Positions 10,325 to 21,062 of a DNA stretch of 64,000 nucleotides are shown here, piece by piece. Numbering within the stretch: position 1 is the stretch's first letter; every line of letters begins with the position of its first letter. The notes under the pieces are model-generated. The model was not told the DNA's origin. It did no database searches and worked only from the letters and a program-made list of their open reading frames with translations. Source of the DNA: Candidatus Latescibacterota bacterium (GTDB taxonomy: Bacteria > Latescibacterota > UBA2968 > GCA-2709665); the NCBI GenBank assembly GCA_965237675.1, contig OZ250150.1, positions 4,352,001 to 4,416,000 of the forward strand, written 5' to 3'. Both the position numbers and the translations under genes were made by a program.

Positions 10325-10951
10325 CTACCCACGTTCCCGGCTCATGCATTCCGGGTCTGCATGGTTTCCGCTTTCACGAAACTCCAGCCACGCCCGCTCC
10401 GCCGCCGACTGCGCCACGGCCGCGAATCCGCGACGCCCGAGGAATCCGTACATTCGAGAAAGCGCCTTCCGCCGGTCGACGCCGTCGTATTGCCTGCGGC
10501 GCGACCTGAGAAGATCTAGGGCGACGGCCTCGACGTCCACGCCGTGAAACGCCTCATCCAGCGCATTCTCCCCGGTTTCGGGGTCGATTCCGCGTTTCTT
10601 CAGGTCGTGCGCGAGCAACGCCCGGCCGGCGGGTCGACGACGCATGCGTTCCTGTACAAAGCGGCGGGCGAAATCCCGATCGTCGACCAGCTTCAGCCTC
10701 CGCAACACATCCATGGTCTGATCGACCACAGATTCCTGAAACCCCCGCCGGCGCAGTCTTTCTTCAACTTCCCTGTGCGAATACGCACGCGCGCTCAACA
10801 GTCGAAACGCTGCGTTCTTCGCCTTTTCGACGGTCGCATGGAGATCCGATGCCGGCGCCGAACGGGTGTTCGGTTTCATGTGCAGCACCTCGATGACACC
10901 AAACCGCGGCCCTCCCGGATTGCCCGCAGAGACGACCTGTTTCCGAGACAT
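10325..10951 (-). CDS. recX: Regulatory protein RecX (start uncertain, possibly 10879)
   Basis: AFRLLSARAYS..E...RLRRRGF, DDRDFA, FLGRRGF; directly downstream of recA. Confidence 0.9.
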   Translation of the reverse strand: MSRKQVVSAGNPGGPRFGVIEVLHMKPNTRSAPASDLHATVEKAKNAAFRLLSARAYSHREVEERLRRRGFQESVVDQTMDVLRRLKLVDDRDFARRFVQERMRRRPAGRALLAHDLKKRGIDPETGENALDEAFHGVDVEAVALDLLRSRRRQYDGVDRRKALSRMYGFLGRRGFAAVAQSAAERAWLEFRESGNHADPECMSRERG

Positions 10952-10957
10952 CCCCTT

Positions 10958-12025
10958 CTACGTGCGCGGGTTTCCCTGTGTGTCTTCGCCTTTGTCGGCC
11001 GCCTCCGGCGTACCGTTGTCCGACAGGCCCACGGCCTCCCGCACCCGGGCCTCGATCTGTGTGGCAAGCTCCGGATGTTCCTTCAAATGGTTCTTTACGT
11101 TTTCCCGCCCTTGCCCCAGACGATCGCTTCCGTAGGAAAACCAGGTTCCGCTCTTGCTGACAATACCGTGAAGTTCGGCAATGTCGAGAAGGCTGCCCTC
11201 TCTTGAGATGCCCTCTCCGAACATCAGATCGAACTCCGCCTCTTTGAACGGCGCCGCCATCTTGTTCTTGACCACCCTGACACGAACCCGGTTGCCCGTG
11301 ACTTCCTGGCCGTCTTTAATGGCTCCGATTCGACGGATATCCATTCGTACTGACGCGTAGAACTTGAGCGCATTTCCGCCCGAGGTGGTTTCCGGATTGC
11401 CGAACATGACGCCGATCTTCATTCGGATCTGGTTCGTGAACATCACACACGTCTTGGACCGGCTGATCGAACCGGAAAGCTTCCGCAGCGCCTGAGACAT
11501 CAGCCGCGCCTGCAATCCCACGTGGGAATCGCCCATGTCCCCTTCCAGTTCCGCGCGCGGCACTAGCGCCGCCACCGAGTCGACCGCCACCGCGTCGAAT
11601 GCGCCGCTGCGCACGAGCGTGTCGGTAATTTCCAGGGCCTCTTCGCCGGTATCGGGCTGGGAAATGAGCAGTTTTTCCAGGTCGACCCCAATCCGCTCGG
11701 CAAGCTCTACATTGAGCGCGTGCTCCGCATCGACAAACGCGCACGTTCCGCCCGTCCGCTGTGCCTCCGCGATGACGTGCAGAGTCAGCGTTGTTTTTCC
11801 GGATCCTTCGGGACCGTAAATTTCGACGACGCGGCCACGCGGCACCCCGCCCGCACCGAGGGCGACATCCAGCGCCAACGCTCCGGTCGGGATCACTTCG
11901 ATGGGCACCCGTCCACCCTCCTCGCCACCCAGGCGCATGATGGAACCCTTGCCGAACTGCTTTTCAATTTGAGAGATGGCCAGATCGATGGCCTTCTCTT
12001 TACCGACGACGTTGCGTTTCGCCAT
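10958..12025 (-). CDS. recA: Recombinase A
   Basis: [39 protein letters not shown]. Confidence 0.99.
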   Translation of the reverse strand: MAKRNVVGKEKAIDLAISQIEKQFGKGSIMRLGGEEGGRVPIEVIPTGALALDVALGAGGVPRGRVVEIYGPEGSGKTTLTLHVIAEAQRTGGTCAFVDAEHALNVELAERIGVDLEKLLISQPDTGEEALEITDTLVRSGAFDAVAVDSVAALVPRAELEGDMGDSHVGLQARLMSQALRKLSGSISRSKTCVMFTNQIRMKIGVMFGNPETTSGGNALKFYASVRMDIRRIGAIKDGQEVTGNRVRVRVVKNKMAAPFKEAEFDLMFGEGISREGSLLDIAELHGIVSKSGTWFSYGSDRLGQGRENVKNHLKEHPELATQIEARVREAVGLSDNGTPEAADKGEDTQGNPRT

Positions 12026-12135
12026 TGCATTGCCCCTCCTGAAACGAAATTGACTGTACTTACCTATCGGATCACGGCGCAGCCCACGGCCGGTGAGGAG
12101 CCCGATTCTCTGCGCCGCAACATGTGTCGTCGTTA

Positions 12136-12164
12136 AATATAGTGAACATTTGTATATTAATCAA
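12136..12164 (-). promoter_or_regulatory. recA promoter with candidate LexA/SOS box in spacer
   Basis: TTGATT-N17-TATATT on minus strand; spacer contains GAACATTTGTAT (12144-12155), similar to GAAC-N4-GTTC boxes. Confidence 0.6.
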
Positions 12165-12297
12165 TGCCAATTTTTCGTGACAATCCACGAAAAAAGACGG
12201 AGAGAGCGTCTGTTATCGAAAAATATAATATATCCGCAGTCCATCACGAAGTCAAGCACTCCCCGGTTCGCGAACGACTCCCCCGGAGACCGGTTGT

Positions 12298-12879
12298 TCA
12301 AGGGCCCGATCCACGCGGTTTCCGTGACCCGGAAAGATCCGCATGACCCAGCACGTTGTAGACGGCGCCGCCCGGCCGCAGGTCACTGCTGTACAACGCC
12401 AGCCGGTCCACCGTCAGATGCGCCGCCTCGACAGCTCCCGTCAATCCGGCGGGCAGGCGAACGGCGTTTCTTCTGGCGCGTGCAAGCGTCACGTGCGGAT
12501 GAAACCGCCTGGTCTCTCTCTCAAACCCCATCCCGCACATCGCGTCGTCCAGGTCTGCCCGCAGCCTGCCCAGAATCCCGGTCTCTCCCCCCACGCCCAG
12601 CCAGATGACCCTCGCCCGAGCCGGGTTCGGCGCTCCCACATCCGTGGTGCGCAGTGCCATCGGCGGCGTCCGCCCGGCCACCGTACGCACGGTCTCCAGA
12701 ATGTGCGGCACGGCCGTGAATTCCACGTCTCCCAGAAACTTCAGGGTGATATGAATGCCCTCGGGCCGCACCCATCGTACCCTTGCATCCAGATCGGCAA
12801 GGCATCTTCTGGCAGCCTCGTACGCGGGGATCACCGCCACGGGAAGTTCAGCGGCCACAAATGCGCGAAGAGTCGCCAT
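12298..12879 (-). CDS. thpR: RNA 2',3'-cyclic phosphodiesterase (2H phosphoesterase)
   Basis: Two HxT motifs (HITLKFLG, PHVTLAR), RAFVA N-terminus. Confidence 0.92.
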   Translation of the reverse strand: MATLRAFVAAELPVAVIPAYEAARRCLADLDARVRWVRPEGIHITLKFLGDVEFTAVPHILETVRTVAGRTPPMALRTTDVGAPNPARARVIWLGVGGETGILGRLRADLDDAMCGMGFERETRRFHPHVTLARARRNAVRLPAGLTGAVEAAHLTVDRLALYSSDLRPGGAVYNVLGHADLSGSRKPRGSGP

Positions 12880-12996
12880 CCAGTGTCCCGTCCCAGAAAT
12901 ATGTTACCATTCATCCCTGTCTGCGTGCGTGAGGCAGCACGCACAGGCAGGCGACTCGGCGGCCGAATTCCGGCAATCTATTTCCGGGACAGAACA

Positions 12997-13458
12997 CTAG
13001 CCGCTCCACCAGGCCAGCCCCACACGAAGCAGAAGATTTCCGTATACCCCCGCGATCACATCGTCCATCACCACGCCCCACCCACCGGGCAACTTTTCCG
13101 CCGCCCGGGCCGGCTGCGGCTTTAAAATATCCAGTACACGAAAAATAAAAAATCCGGCAACCCCCACACCGAACGACAGCGGCAGGAAAGCTACCGTGAT
13201 ATAAAACCCCACAAACTCGTCGATGACAACCGGTCCGGGATCCTGACCCCAGACCGTTTCTCCCGCGGAGGCCGTATAAACCGCCACCGGAAAAATCAGT
13301 GCCAGAACCAGACACCACGCCAGATTCCCGAACCCCGGCGTCAGGTAACAGGCCGCGAGGTACGGAACCATCGCCGCGGCCGTGCCCGCCGTGCCCGGCG
13401 CAACCCGGGCGTATCCGGAAAAAAATCCGGTGGCGAGCAGCCGGGTCCACAGATTCAA
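12997..13458 (-). CDS. pgpA: Phosphatidylglycerophosphatase A
   Basis: APGTAGT, DPGPVVIDEFVG, FRVLDILKP, GVVMDDVIAG. Confidence 0.95.
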   Translation of the reverse strand: MNLWTRLLATGFFSGYARVAPGTAGTAAAMVPYLAACYLTPGFGNLAWCLVLALIFPVAVYTASAGETVWGQDPGPVVIDEFVGFYITVAFLPLSFGVGVAGFFIFRVLDILKPQPARAAEKLPGGWGVVMDDVIAGVYGNLLLRVGLAWWSG

Positions 13459-13481
13459 GACAGCGGCCTCCGATCCCCCGT

Positions 13482-14132
13482 TCAGGCCTGGTCCCGGCTA
13501 TGTTCCACCAGATAGAAAACACCCGACACGACCGCCAGCAGGGTAACCGCCGCCACCAGGACATTCAACACCATCTGCGACCCGGTATCCACCAGCACCA
13601 GGGGTTGAGAGGTCAACTCCGCGGTGATCACGCGCACGTTGATAAAGACCAGGATGCCGAAAGCCAGCACGAGTTGCAGCATGGTCTTCCATTTCGCCAG
13701 CCGGGATGTGACCACCGGCCGTCCTTTCCGGAGTGCATACACCCGCAGGCACGTGATCACGGCATCCCGGATCAACATGGCGCCCACGAGCCACGCCTCG
13801 ACCATCCCCAGGAGCACGAAGGAAATCAGCGCGGAGGAGACCAGGAGCTTGTCGGCCAGCGGATCCATGAACCGTCCCAGGCTGGTCACCGTCTTGTCGC
13901 GCCGAGCGATCCAGCCGTCGAAGAAATCGGTCAGCGACGCCACGGTGAACACCAGCAGCGCCAGGATCTTGTTGAATCCGCTGTCCGAAAAAATAAGCGC
14001 CAGGAAGACGGGGGTGAGAACAATTCTCAGGCCTGTCAGGATATTCGGGAATGTGACCATTCGGTCGGCGGGCTGCGGCTTGGGCAGCCGGATCCCCTGC
14101 GGCCTGCCGCGGAGTGTGTCGGTACGGTTCAT
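13482..14132 (-). CDS. pgsA: CDP-diacylglycerol--glycerol-3-phosphate 3-phosphatidyltransferase
   Basis: PNILT..RI, TDFFDGWIARR..VT.LG.FMDPLADK CDP-alcohol phosphotransferase motif. Confidence 0.93.
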   Translation of the reverse strand: MNRTDTLRGRPQGIRLPKPQPADRMVTFPNILTGLRIVLTPVFLALIFSDSGFNKILALLVFTVASLTDFFDGWIARRDKTVTSLGRFMDPLADKLLVSSALISFVLLGMVEAWLVGAMLIRDAVITCLRVYALRKGRPVVTSRLAKWKTMLQLVLAFGILVFINVRVITAELTSQPLVLVDTGSQMVLNVLVAAVTLLAVVSGVFYLVEHSRDQA

Positions 14133-14722
14133 AGTTCTCTGCGTCCATCCAACGCCCGGGCCAGCGTGACCTGATCCGCGAGGGCGAGGTCGCTGCCCAC
14201 GGGCAGACCCCGTGCGATCTGCGTTACGGTCACGTCGTGCGTTCCCATGATCTGTTTGAGGTACTGCGCGGTTGCGTCGCCCTCGACGGTGGGCCCGTTC
14301 GCCAGAATCACCTCGCGAATCCCGCCGCCGTTCAGCCGCGCCACCAGGGACTGAATGTTCAGTTCGTCCGGCCCGATACCGTCCAGTGGTGAAATCCGCC
14401 CACCCAGGACGTGATACAGGCCGCGATAGGCATGCATCCGTTCCATTGCCAGCAGGTCGCCCACGTAATCGACCACCATCACCTGAGACCGGTCCCGGCG
14501 TTCATCCCGGCAGATCGGACATGGTTCGCTCTCCGACAGGTTGTAACAGGAAGCGCACGCCCGGACGCGGGTTTTTACCTCCACCATCATTTCGGCCAGC
14601 GCGCGCACGTCCTTGGTCTTCCAGGTCAGGACGTCCAGTGCGATTCGCCGCGCGGACTTTTCGCCGATACCCGGCAGCCTTCCCAATCCGGCCACCAGCC
14701 GATCAATGGCATCCGAAGCCAT
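14129..14722 (-). CDS. recR: Recombination mediator RecR
   Basis: LPGIGEKSARR HhH, C4 zinc finger, YHVLGGRISPLDGIGP, Toprim. Confidence 0.96.
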   Translation of the reverse strand: MASDAIDRLVAGLGRLPGIGEKSARRIALDVLTWKTKDVRALAEMMVEVKTRVRACASCYNLSESEPCPICRDERRDRSQVMVVDYVGDLLAMERMHAYRGLYHVLGGRISPLDGIGPDELNIQSLVARLNGGGIREVILANGPTVEGDATAQYLKQIMGTHDVTVTQIARGLPVGSDLALADQVTLARALDGRREL

Positions 14723-14872
14723 CCAGATCCTCCTCAAATACGGACATCCGGATCCCTGCGCTTCGTGCCGGCGCAGACGCCGCACTGTAATTGCGGGTCC
14801 GGGTGACCCGCGACGGGCCGAGTGAGACGCTCGGCCGCAGGGTTATCCGGCACTTCAAGCGATCTACAGGTC

Positions 14873-15196
14873 TTATATGCCCAGATTGGCACCCGGCGGC
14901 AACATACCGGCCGTTGCCTTCTGCATTTCCCGGTCGGCCACCTCCTGCGCCTTCTCCCGGGCCTGCTGTATGGCAGCCATAATCAGATCTTCCAACATCT
15001 CCACGTCTTCGGGGTCCACCACCTCCGGGTCGATCCTGATGCCCACGATCTGCTGCTGCCCGTTGGCCCGCGCCACTACCATGCCTCCGCCCGAAGATCC
15101 CTCCACCTCCTTGGACGCAAGGTCCTCCTGCACCTTCGCCAGCTTCGCCTGAAGCCTCTGGGCCTGCTTCATCATTCCAGCCATGCCCTTTGCCAT
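14873..15196 (-). CDS. ybaB: YbaB/EbfC nucleoid-associated protein
   Basis: MKQAQ..Q, GGGMV, DVEMLEDLI; dnaX-ybaB-recR synteny. Confidence 0.95.
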   Translation of the reverse strand: MAKGMAGMMKQAQRLQAKLAKVQEDLASKEVEGSSGGGMVVARANGQQQIVGIRIDPEVVDPEDVEMLEDLIMAAIQQAREKAQEVADREMQKATAGMLPPGANLGI

Positions 15197-15216
15197 TGCG
15201 TCCTCCCCGCGTCGTG

Positions 15217-16923
15217 TCAGCGCCGTACAACCTCGCCATCGAAAATATCGATTGCCATCTGGACGCGTTCGTCGGACGCCGCACCGTCGTCTCGCTGCGC
15301 CGGGCCGCCGCCGTCGTCCTGGTCGAATTCACACCGGATGCGCAGAGAAACGCCGAATACATCGGTCGTCACCACCTCCAGAAACTCCCTGTTGCGCCTG
15401 ACCTGTTTCGCGTGAAACGTATTTCCCGCCTTGAAGACCAGATCCAGCCGCCGGTCTTTCAGCGCCACCGGCTCGGCCTCCGCCAGAAACGGCCCCAGAC
15501 CCGGCCTCTGCGTCTTCACCTTCTCAACAAGGTTCGGCCATTTCGCCCGTACCGCGTCCAGCGTCAGGCCGTCGCCGCGGGGCTGTTCCGGTTCCGATGG
15601 CGTCGGCGCGGCAGGGACCTCCCGGGCGTTGGCTTCAGGAGGCGCTGTCCCGGTGTTGACGGCGGACGGTGCCGAGGGTTTTTCAGGGGCCGGCCGGGCC
15701 GGCGCGCGGGGTTCGCCGCGCACGGCATCGGGCGGGGGCGGCGGGTGCCGCGGATTCTCCGAAGGCGCGGCCTTCCCGCTCCGCAACATGCTTTCCAACC
15801 GGTCCAGCCGGGCCATCACCTCGTGGACCGCCTCCGAGGGCGCCATGTTCACGAGCTTCAGCACGGTCAGTTCCAACCAGAACCGTGGATTTGAAACCCG
15901 GCCCAACTGTGCTTCCAGATCCGTAACCGCCTGCAACATGCGCAGGAGATCCACCTCCTGAAATCGCGCGGCCGTCTCCTTGTATCGCGCCTGGTCGGCC
16001 GCGGACAGATCGGCGCCGGGCAGACCTTCCGACACGCACGCCACCAGCAGGTGCCGCACGTGTTCCAACAACCCCTGGGTGAACTCGCCGGCATCCCCGC
16101 CTCCATCCAGCACCCGTTCGAGCGCGCGCAGCGCCGTGGCCCCGTCTGAATCGAGAAAAGCCTGCGTCAGTTCGAAATAGAGATCGGTGGGAACGACGCC
16201 CAGCAGTTCCCGGACCGCGCCCGCGGAAACCGACCCATCCGAATACGCGATGGCCTGGTCCAGCAGATTCTCCGCGTCGCGCAGCGCGCCGTCGGCCTTG
16301 CGCCCCAGCAAAAACAGGGCGTCGTCTTCCGCTTCGATCTTGTCCGCCTGCAGGATCTTCCGGAGTTGGCCGACAATGGCGTCGGTGGATATCCGCCTGA
16401 AATTGTATCGCTGGCACCGGGAGAGAATCGTTTCCGGCATCCGGTGGGGTTCGGTGGTGGCCAACACGAACACCACGTGGGGCGGCGGCTCCTCCAGCGT
16501 TTTCAGCAGCGCGTTGAAGGCCTCCGCCGTGAGCATGTGCACTTCGTCTATAATGTAGACCTTGCGCTTGCCCTTGGACGCCGCGTAGCCCACCTCTTCA
16601 CGCAACTGACGGATCTCATCGATGCCCCGGTTGGACGCCGCGTCGATCTCCAGAACGTCCATGCTCCTGTTGTCGGCAATTGACGCGCAGTAGCCACACG
16701 TGCCGCACGGCTCCGGCGTGGGCCCCTGTTCACAGTTGAACGCCTTGGCCAGCAGCCGGGCCATCGTTGTTTTGCCCGTTCCCCTGGGACCGCAGAACAG
16801 ATAGGCCTGGACGACGCGCCCCGAACGGATGGCGTTCTGTAACGTCTGAACGACGTGGTCCTGTGCAACCACATCCTGAAACACGTTGGGTCGCCACTTG
16901 CGGGCGATCACACGATAGGCCAT
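15217..16923 (-). CDS. dnaX: DNA polymerase III subunit gamma/tau
   Basis: ARKWRP, GPRGTGKTT, EIDAASNRG, DEVHML..AFNALLKTLEEPP, SRC. Confidence 0.97.
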   Translation of the reverse strand: MAYRVIARKWRPNVFQDVVAQDHVVQTLQNAIRSGRVVQAYLFCGPRGTGKTTMARLLAKAFNCEQGPTPEPCGTCGYCASIADNRSMDVLEIDAASNRGIDEIRQLREEVGYAASKGKRKVYIIDEVHMLTAEAFNALLKTLEEPPPHVVFVLATTEPHRMPETILSRCQRYNFRRISTDAIVGQLRKILQADKIEAEDDALFLLGRKADGALRDAENLLDQAIAYSDGSVSAGAVRELLGVVPTDLYFELTQAFLDSDGATALRALERVLDGGGDAGEFTQGLLEHVRHLLVACVSEGLPGADLSAADQARYKETAARFQEVDLLRMLQAVTDLEAQLGRVSNPRFWLELTVLKLVNMAPSEAVHEVMARLDRLESMLRSGKAAPSENPRHPPPPPDAVRGEPRAPARPAPEKPSAPSAVNTGTAPPEANAREVPAAPTPSEPEQPRGDGLTLDAVRAKWPNLVEKVKTQRPGLGPFLAEAEPVALKDRRLDLVFKAGNTFHAKQVRRNREFLEVVTTDVFGVSLRIRCEFDQDDGGGPAQRDDGAASDERVQMAIDIFDGEVVRR

Positions 16924-16995
16924 ATAGGACCAGCCTCTCACCCATTCATCCGGCACGCGCGAACTTGGATAACGATCTAGGAAGGAACATTAAAC

Positions 16996-17270
16996 AGGCC
17001 GTGCACCCCGCTTCGGCGTTCACGCCGGGGTATTCGGAAAGCGCCAGCTCCCGCCAGGGGGCCCCGCGGCACACGGGCCGGGTTACCTACCGCTGCTACC
17101 TTCCGGTCCTGACGGGGTTTGGTAATCGTCCGTTGCGCAGGACCTGGCGATCGACACCGCGTACTGACCGAATCACGTTCCGGAATGAAGAGCCTCAGAC
17201 GAGGAATTCAACCCCGCTATAGCGGATTGCGGGCTACAGGGCGCCGCTACTTCCCCGTCTAGCACGACCT
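16996..17270 (-). ncRNA. ffs: Large bacterial SRP RNA (Alu-domain-containing, scRNA-type)
   Basis: Minus strand has helix 8 CCGTCAGGACCGGAAGGTAGCAGCGG; 5' GGTCGTGCTAGACGGGGAAGTAGCGG Alu-like start pairs with 3' GTGCACGGCC; about 275 nt; upstream of dnaX. Confidence 0.9.
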
Positions 17271-17334
17271 GAAAAAACAACCGGCAGACGGCCTGAAGCC
17301 GATGGGAACCACCGAGGGCCGATGCCTGTTTTGC

Positions 17335-17410
17335 TGGTGGAGCTGATGGGATTCGAACCCACGACTTCCAGAGTGCGATTCTGGCGCTCTCCCAACTGAG
17401 CTACAGCCCC
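17335..17410 (-). tRNA. tRNA-Ala(CGC)
   Basis: GGGGCTGTAGCTCAG...CCAGA-ATCGCAC-TCTGG...GTTCGAATCCC...CTCCACCA. Confidence 0.96.
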
Positions 17411-17462
17411 ACAAAATTGCGACGACACGCGAAGCGCAAGGCGAGTGAAGGCCACTCGCTTT

Positions 17463-17840
17463 TCATGTTTCGCTTTGTTCGATGAGGATTCCATCGGTCC
17501 TGGAGACGCTTTTCAGCGCCTCCACGCCCCCAAGCACGCGCCCGATGGGATTCACGGGACTGGCGGGCCGGATCTCATCCCCTTCGCTGGCGGGTGTCGG
17601 ACCGTAGAAGATACAGAATGCCTTGCCGGGCGGCCAGTACCCCAGATCGCCCAACGCCACCGTTTCCCGGGGATCTTCCGGGTCGGCGGTTACGGGGATC
17701 TGAAAATAGATCTCGTCGCCCCACGTATTGAAGGTGCTCCGGATGGGCAACTCGGCCAACACCTGCGATGCGGTTTCCGATTCGTTCAACTCGGCATCCA
17801 GTTCAACCTCTCCCACCCGGATTTTGATGGCATGCGCCAT
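17463..17840 (-). CDS. Cyclophilin-like fold protein (TM1367/DUF369-like)
   Basis: WGDEIYF, GDLGYWPPGKAFCIFYGPTP, PASPVNPIG motifs. Confidence 0.85.
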   Translation of the reverse strand: MAHAIKIRVGEVELDAELNESETASQVLAELPIRSTFNTWGDEIYFQIPVTADPEDPRETVALGDLGYWPPGKAFCIFYGPTPASEGDEIRPASPVNPIGRVLGGVEALKSVSRTDGILIEQSET

Positions 17841-17917
17841 TTCCGTTTGCGACCTCGTAATGCGAGCCTTCCCTGCCAACCGCCGCCGGTGGCGGGGGAT
17901 GGGCTCATTCATATTTC

Positions 17918-18010
<93 letters not shown>

Positions 18011-18748
18011 ACAAAAGCGGCTCGAGATCCGAGCAGCGAAGCATCAAAGCGTGTATCATTGTCCCGGCGAAAAGATGGACATTGCAAGGATGCTGCAGCA
18101 ATTCGCCCTCGCCCGTAACGCCCTCCATTACGCGTACTAAGATACAATATTCTACTGTCCTTCGCAACCTTTTCCCAACCAATTCAGAGCCCGGCTGAGG
18201 GCGCTGCGCAGTGCGGATTCCATTGGCGGCTTTGAGCTTGAAAACCTGAAGTTACGTACGTGCTGGGTTAGACAACCGAGACTGGGCGGGATGGGGTGTT
18301 GAGGACTGCGACAAGCCGGCCTGCGCAAGTAAGGACCTGGTAGAAATGGGAAAAGCCGCCTGGCGACCTTTCTATGCCTTGATCTTTGCTCAATCTAGAG
18401 CGGCCAGACGGACGACCTGACTCTCAACTTGATGACTGTGGTCCAAGTTGTCTGGTTTGGTATAATTAATTGTTTATACGAAAAACAACAAAATACGTGG
18501 TGGATTGGATGAGCACCGGTTTTCGCTTTCCTTTTCGTCCCGATTTGTCTTGTCTGTCCCCGTACAAAACAGGCTGTGAATACAGCCTATCGCATTCGTC
18601 CTCGTCTTGACCCGTTTCTCTATTTTGGCTAAATTCCACGGGCAGATCGGGGTTGATATTGATGATAATAGAACTGGCGAAAAATCCATGAACCGCCCAA
18701 TGCTACGGCCGACATTCCCACAAGCAGGTAAAAAAAGGTAATCTGAGA

Positions 18749-19411
18749 ATGGGCGACATCCACTGGGACGGGATAACGCAGGCTCGGTCCCTCGGGGACG
18801 AAGAAGCCCGGACCCGGCACGCTTTTGCGGATGCTGCCAGGGACGCCGACTGGACCCGCGTTTTCGAGCTTCTATCCAGACATGCGAAGTGGATCAATTC
18901 TACGCGGCCTGGCGGATCGACGTTATACGCCCCTCTGCATCAGGCGGCCTGGCACAGCGCGCCAGTTGCGGTCGTCCAACGTCTGATCGGAATGGGCGCA
19001 TGGCGGACGCTGGGGAATTCCCGAGGAGAGCGTGCCGTGGACGTGGCCGAACGGCGAGGGCATCGGCACTTGCTCCGGGTGCTGGCTCCCGAAATCAAGC
19101 ACCACGTTCCGCGTGAGGCGCTGCTGAAGGTTCAAGCGCACTTCCACGCCGTCATCCGCGGTCGCGCCGAACACCTGGTGGACGAACAGGGACTGCGATT
19201 GCCAGAACTGGAACCGTTGCTGGAGTTGGACCCGCCGGAAATGTGGTTTCCCGTACCTGGTATGGCCGGTGGATTCCACTACCGACTGGAGCAAGAAGGT
19301 ACTCAGCCCAAGCTCTTCTCCGAAAGTTGGTGCCGAATGGTTAACGGATCGGGACAACGGCATGAGATCACGTCGCGCGGCAGCCGGCTCGTCGACGAGG
19401 GGTTCGTGTAG
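18749..19411 (+). CDS. Ankyrin-repeat-like protein with uncharacterised C-terminal domain
   Basis: APLHQAAWH..VVQRLI..GA, G.RAVDVA ankyrin motifs; FPVPGM.GGF / GSGQRHEI tail. Confidence 0.7.
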   Translation: MGDIHWDGITQARSLGDEEARTRHAFADAARDADWTRVFELLSRHAKWINSTRPGGSTLYAPLHQAAWHSAPVAVVQRLIGMGAWRTLGNSRGERAVDVAERRGHRHLLRVLAPEIKHHVPREALLKVQAHFHAVIRGRAEHLVDEQGLRLPELEPLLELDPPEMWFPVPGMAGGFHYRLEQEGTQPKLFSESWCRMVNGSGQRHEITSRGSRLVDEGFV

Positions 19412-19866
19412 CCGACTCCGTCTGACAGGTTGCTCCGAACGGGCTTCACGCGGACAGTGACAAACTTCGCCTACGAGATGCCGAGAAACCCAGGAAAAGG
19501 TATGGACATTGCGATTAGACGTTTGACGGTGTGCATCGGGAGAGCCCTTCAGCACACCCAGTTCAGGAACGTATTCAGGCAACGACTCGACTCGTCCGTG
19601 ATGGGTCAGTTCTATGCCAGAAAGATGCGGAGGCAGTATTGCCTGTCCAATACGGACGCAATAGGCGTGCGCGAATCCGAGATAACCCACCTCGTCGACG
19701 AACTCGAGCCGTTGGTGAATCGCTACAGGTTGTCCGAGACCGGTGCCGTCGGCAACGGATTCTATGAATTGCTGGGGTCAGCTGCTTCGCCACGTCTGCC
19801 CGCCGTCGAGGACTGCGTCAAAACGAACGCCTGAATATCGGGCTACTGCCGGCTTACCAACCGCCC

Positions 19867-20508
19867 TCAAATTCCCCCCTTCTCAACCATCGGACGCTGT
19901 GACAGGTCCAGTACAGAGACATCGCGTGGAAGTGCAAACGGATAACCCGGACGAGAAGGTTCCAGAAAAGTAATTGACTCATAGTAATCATCTAACGGAA
20001 CGAAAACACCATTATTTTCTGCCCACAGATGCATCCCCCGATTGCAACAATGCTTCCAGGACAAGACCTCGATTTTCCAACCTCTCTTATACAACCGCTC
20101 CAACGTACTATGAAATCCGCGACCTTCAATGTATCCGGCACCGTCACCGGTCAATAGCACCACAACGCCAGGATTATCAATATTGTCCCAGCCGTCCTCC
20201 ATCATACGCAGTTGCAGCCATTGGTCAGGCGTCTCTTGTTTCCCGCCGCCGGAAACACCACGATCAAACAAATAAACTTCCACATCCTGATTCTCCAGAC
20301 GATTCCATAGTTGATTCATCTCAGGGGGAATGGAACCAGCAGCATAAGCCTTCTCCAAACTTCTATCCGCCTGCGCCAAACGAAACAAGTTCTCAAAGTG
20401 AATTCGGACACGATAACGGGCAGTAGGGTCTCCATTCAACTCCTCCGCGAGTCGCTGCGCCTCGCAAGAGATATTTGAGTTGTCCCAATAAATGAATACG
20501 CCGCACAT
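19867..20508 (-). CDS. NYN-domain (PIN-like) putative ribonuclease
   Basis: FIYWDNSNI, QETPD, VVLLTGDG, GWKIEVLSW, FVPLDD acidic motifs. Confidence 0.8.
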   Translation of the reverse strand: MCGVFIYWDNSNISCEAQRLAEELNGDPTARYRVRIHFENLFRLAQADRSLEKAYAAGSIPPEMNQLWNRLENQDVEVYLFDRGVSGGGKQETPDQWLQLRMMEDGWDNIDNPGVVVLLTGDGAGYIEGRGFHSTLERLYKRGWKIEVLSWKHCCNRGMHLWAENNGVFVPLDDYYESITFLEPSRPGYPFALPRDVSVLDLSQRPMVEKGGI

Positions 20509-20882
20509 AAGAAAGGAAACCTCCTTATCACCTCTTTGCCGTCCACGCCTCAAAATCCCTCATCGACTGTTTTCCCTTCCCCGATTTCGCCACTGGCAGA
20601 TCAGTCGGAAACACAGTTTCCTCGTCCTTCCCATTCCGTATACCCCGCACAGCACCTTCCTCCAGCAGCGTGGCGAACACTGCCGCCGGCGCCGCTTTTA
20701 TAAAGCGATTGACGAAGCATCTCCGCCAAAGCCGCAGGTCGGCCTGCAACCGATGAGCTTGGATGCGGGCATTGAAGGAAATCAACGTCGGCACGCCGCA
20801 AGGCCGCCTGCGCCTAACGACCCAACGCGATGACCTTCCGGCCCTCTACCTCATGCCGGGTCACCGCCTTGATTGAACAATA

Positions 20883-20974
<92 letters not shown>

Positions 20975-21062
20975 GCCCTAACGCTTTAAGCTATTGCCCC
21001 GGACACCCCTTCCGTGTTGCGCATTTTACAACCTGATTTTCGCCACAGGCTTGTTCGCGGGG

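Noticed and set aside
12880-12996. Missing cinA between pgpA and thpR
   Set aside because: Common gene-order variation with no remnant visible, so not informative.
15217-16923. Programmed -1 frameshift in dnaX
   Set aside because: No AAAAAAG or long A-run slippery site is visible at the expected position.
19430-19834. Possible 134-aa CDS in the tRNA-Ser islet
   Set aside because: No recognisable motifs or good start; may be a fragment.
20600-20700. Tyrosine integrase remnant (PYTPHSTFLQQRG) next to tRNA-Ser
   Set aside because: The similarity to the HxxR region is too short and lacks the catalytic residues.
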